Of a stretch of DNA of 47,506 bases, positions 46,327-47,506 are shown piece by piece. The stretch covers positions 1-47,506 of the forward strand of contig CALHIP010000004.1 of assembly GCA_938030745.1 (NCBI GenBank). Direction: 5' to 3'. Each line of letters begins with the position of its first letter. Position 1 is the first letter of the stretch. The notes below the pieces were generated by a model. That model was given only the letters and a program-made list of their open reading frames with translations, was not told the DNA's origin and made no database searches. A program made the translations under genes and the position numbers. This DNA is from an uncultured Patescibacteria group bacterium (GTDB taxonomy: Bacteria; Patescibacteriota; Patescibacteriia; UBA2591; CALHIP01).

Positions 46327-47506
46327 ATGCGACAATCTAAAATTTTTCTTAAAACTTTACGTCAATTACCAAAAGAAGCTGAGACAATTAGTCATCAACT
46401 TTTAGTAAGAGGATTTTTTATTAACCAACTAACAACTGGAGTCTGGAATTTTCTACCTTTAGGTTGGCGAGTCCATCGAAAAATAGAAAATATTATTCGA
46501 GAGGAGATGAACAAAATTGGTGGTCAAGAAGTTTATTTACCAGTTTTACAACCAAAAGAAATTTGGCAAAAAACAGATCGCTGGGAAAAAATGGATCCAC
46601 CACTTTTTAAATTGAAAGATCGACATAATAAAGATTTAGCTTTAGGTTCGACTCATGAAGAAGTAATTACTCTTTTAGCAAAAAAATTTATCCAATCTTA
46701 TAAAGATTTACCTCTTGCTCTTTATCAAATTCAGGTTAAATTTAGAAATGAAATGAGATCAACTGGCGGATTACTCCGAACACGTGAATTTATTATGAAA
46801 GATTTGTACAGTTTTCATGCAACTAAAAAAGATTTAGATAAATATTATCAAAAAGTTTCAAAAGCTTATCAAAAAATTTATTCAAGATGCGAATTAAAGT
46901 CTATTCCCTTGGAAGCGTTTTCTGGAACAATTGGTGGCGAAGAGTCTCATGAGTTTTTAATTTTAGCTGATTCTGGTGAAGATAAAATTTTGATTTGTTC
47001 TAATTGCTCTTGGAAAAGTAAAGAAGAAAAAGTAGGAAAAATAGAAAAATGTCCAAAATGTGGCAAAAAATTGATTGAAAAAAGAGGAATTGAAGCTGGT
47101 CATATCTTTAAACTAGGAACAAAATATTCTTCTGCTTTTGATCTTTTTTATTTAGATAAAGATGGAAAAGAAAAATTAGTTGAAATGGGCTGTTATGGTA
47201 TTGGTTTAGGTAGATTAATGGCAACAATTGTTGAGGTTCATCATGATAAAAATGGAATAATTTGGCCAGAAAGCGTTGCTCCATTTAAATATCATTTATT
47301 GGTTTTTGACCAAGATAACAAAAAAGTTAAAGATTTTGCTGATAAGGTTTATCAAAAATTAGTTAAAATAAACGAAGAGGTTCTTTATGATGATCGAGAG
47401 GTCTCTCCTGGTGTCAAACTTAAAGATGCAGATTTAATTGGCATCCCTTATCGATTAATTATTAGTAAAAAAACTGGTCAAAAAATTGAAGTTAAAAAGA
47501 GGGGTG
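46327..47506 (+). CDS. proS: Proline--tRNA ligase, bacterial type without the INS editing domain (3' end outside window)
   Basis: Not in the ORF track because it has no stop inside the window. ATG at 46327. Translation is MRQSKIFLKTLRQLPKEAETISHQLLVRG..., with class II motif 2 (FRNEMRSTGGLLRTREFIMKDLYSFH) and motif 3 (GCYGIGLGRLMA). A short CSNC...CPKC segment replaces the INS domain. Confidence 0.9.
   Translation, partial: MRQSKIFLKTLRQLPKEAETISHQLLVRGFFINQLTTGVWNFLPLGWRVHRKIENIIREEMNKIGGQEVYLPVLQPKEIWQKTDRWEKMDPPLFKLKDRHNKDLALGSTHEEVITLLAKKFIQSYKDLPLALYQIQVKFRNEMRSTGGLLRTREFIMKDLYSFHATKKDLDKYYQKVSKAYQKIYSRCELKSIPLEAFSGTIGGEESHEFLILADSGEDKILICSNCSWKSKEEKVGKIEKCPKCGKKLIEKRGIEAGHIFKLGTKYSSAFDLFYLDKDGKEKLVEMGCYGIGLGRLMATIVEVHHDKNGIIWPESVAPFKYHLLVFDQDNKKVKDFADKVYQKLVKINEEVLYDDREVSPGVKLKDADLIGIPYRLIISKKTGQKIEVKKRG

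Overview
This is a 47.5 kb, very AT-rich (about 30% G+C by eye), gene-dense stretch, well over 90% coding, that reads cleanly in the standard bacterial code. I support 43 CDS, two of them cut by the window edges. I found no rRNA, tRNA, CRISPR array, transposase, integrase or phage gene. Most of the content is housekeeping:
- Cell envelope and sugar genes: rmlD-rmlA-murA-ctp, mreBCD-PBP2, a SEDS protein and a GT4 glycosyltransferase.
- Replication: dnaE, holB, ligA.
- Translation: rplI, miaB, thrS, gatCA, frr, proS.
- Other: an NAD cluster, rseP, and a histidine kinase, receiver and PilB-type ATPase group.

Several traits suggest a streamlined Patescibacteria/CPR-like bacterium (inference): trimmed aminoacyl-tRNA synthetases, a multi-LTD surface protein, a DUF5667-like secreted protein, a short PaaX-like regulator, an archaeal-style agmatinase/deoxyhypusine-synthase pair, and almost no Shine-Dalgarno motifs.

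The most unusual signal is non-coding: a small family of CGGCCG-centred inverted-repeat elements.
- Three near-identical 32-36 nt direct repeats. Two bracket the PaaX-like regulator gene, and one forms the leader of a membrane-protein gene 18 kb away.
- Two 42-46 bp AT-armed palindromes bracket that membrane-protein gene and a short dehydrogenase-like gene.

These elements lie in or next to an accessory-looking island (22.7-28.2 kb) of membrane and secreted coiled-coil proteins. Two genes in that island share a conserved promoter-proximal box.

Other points worth follow-up:
- a nadD-nadE fusion, pncC and ligA arranged as an apparent NMN-recycling operon;
- an ATP-cone/PD-(D/E)xK nuclease fusion;
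- promoters that look leaderless.

All functional calls rest on motif recognition by eye. No database search was possible.
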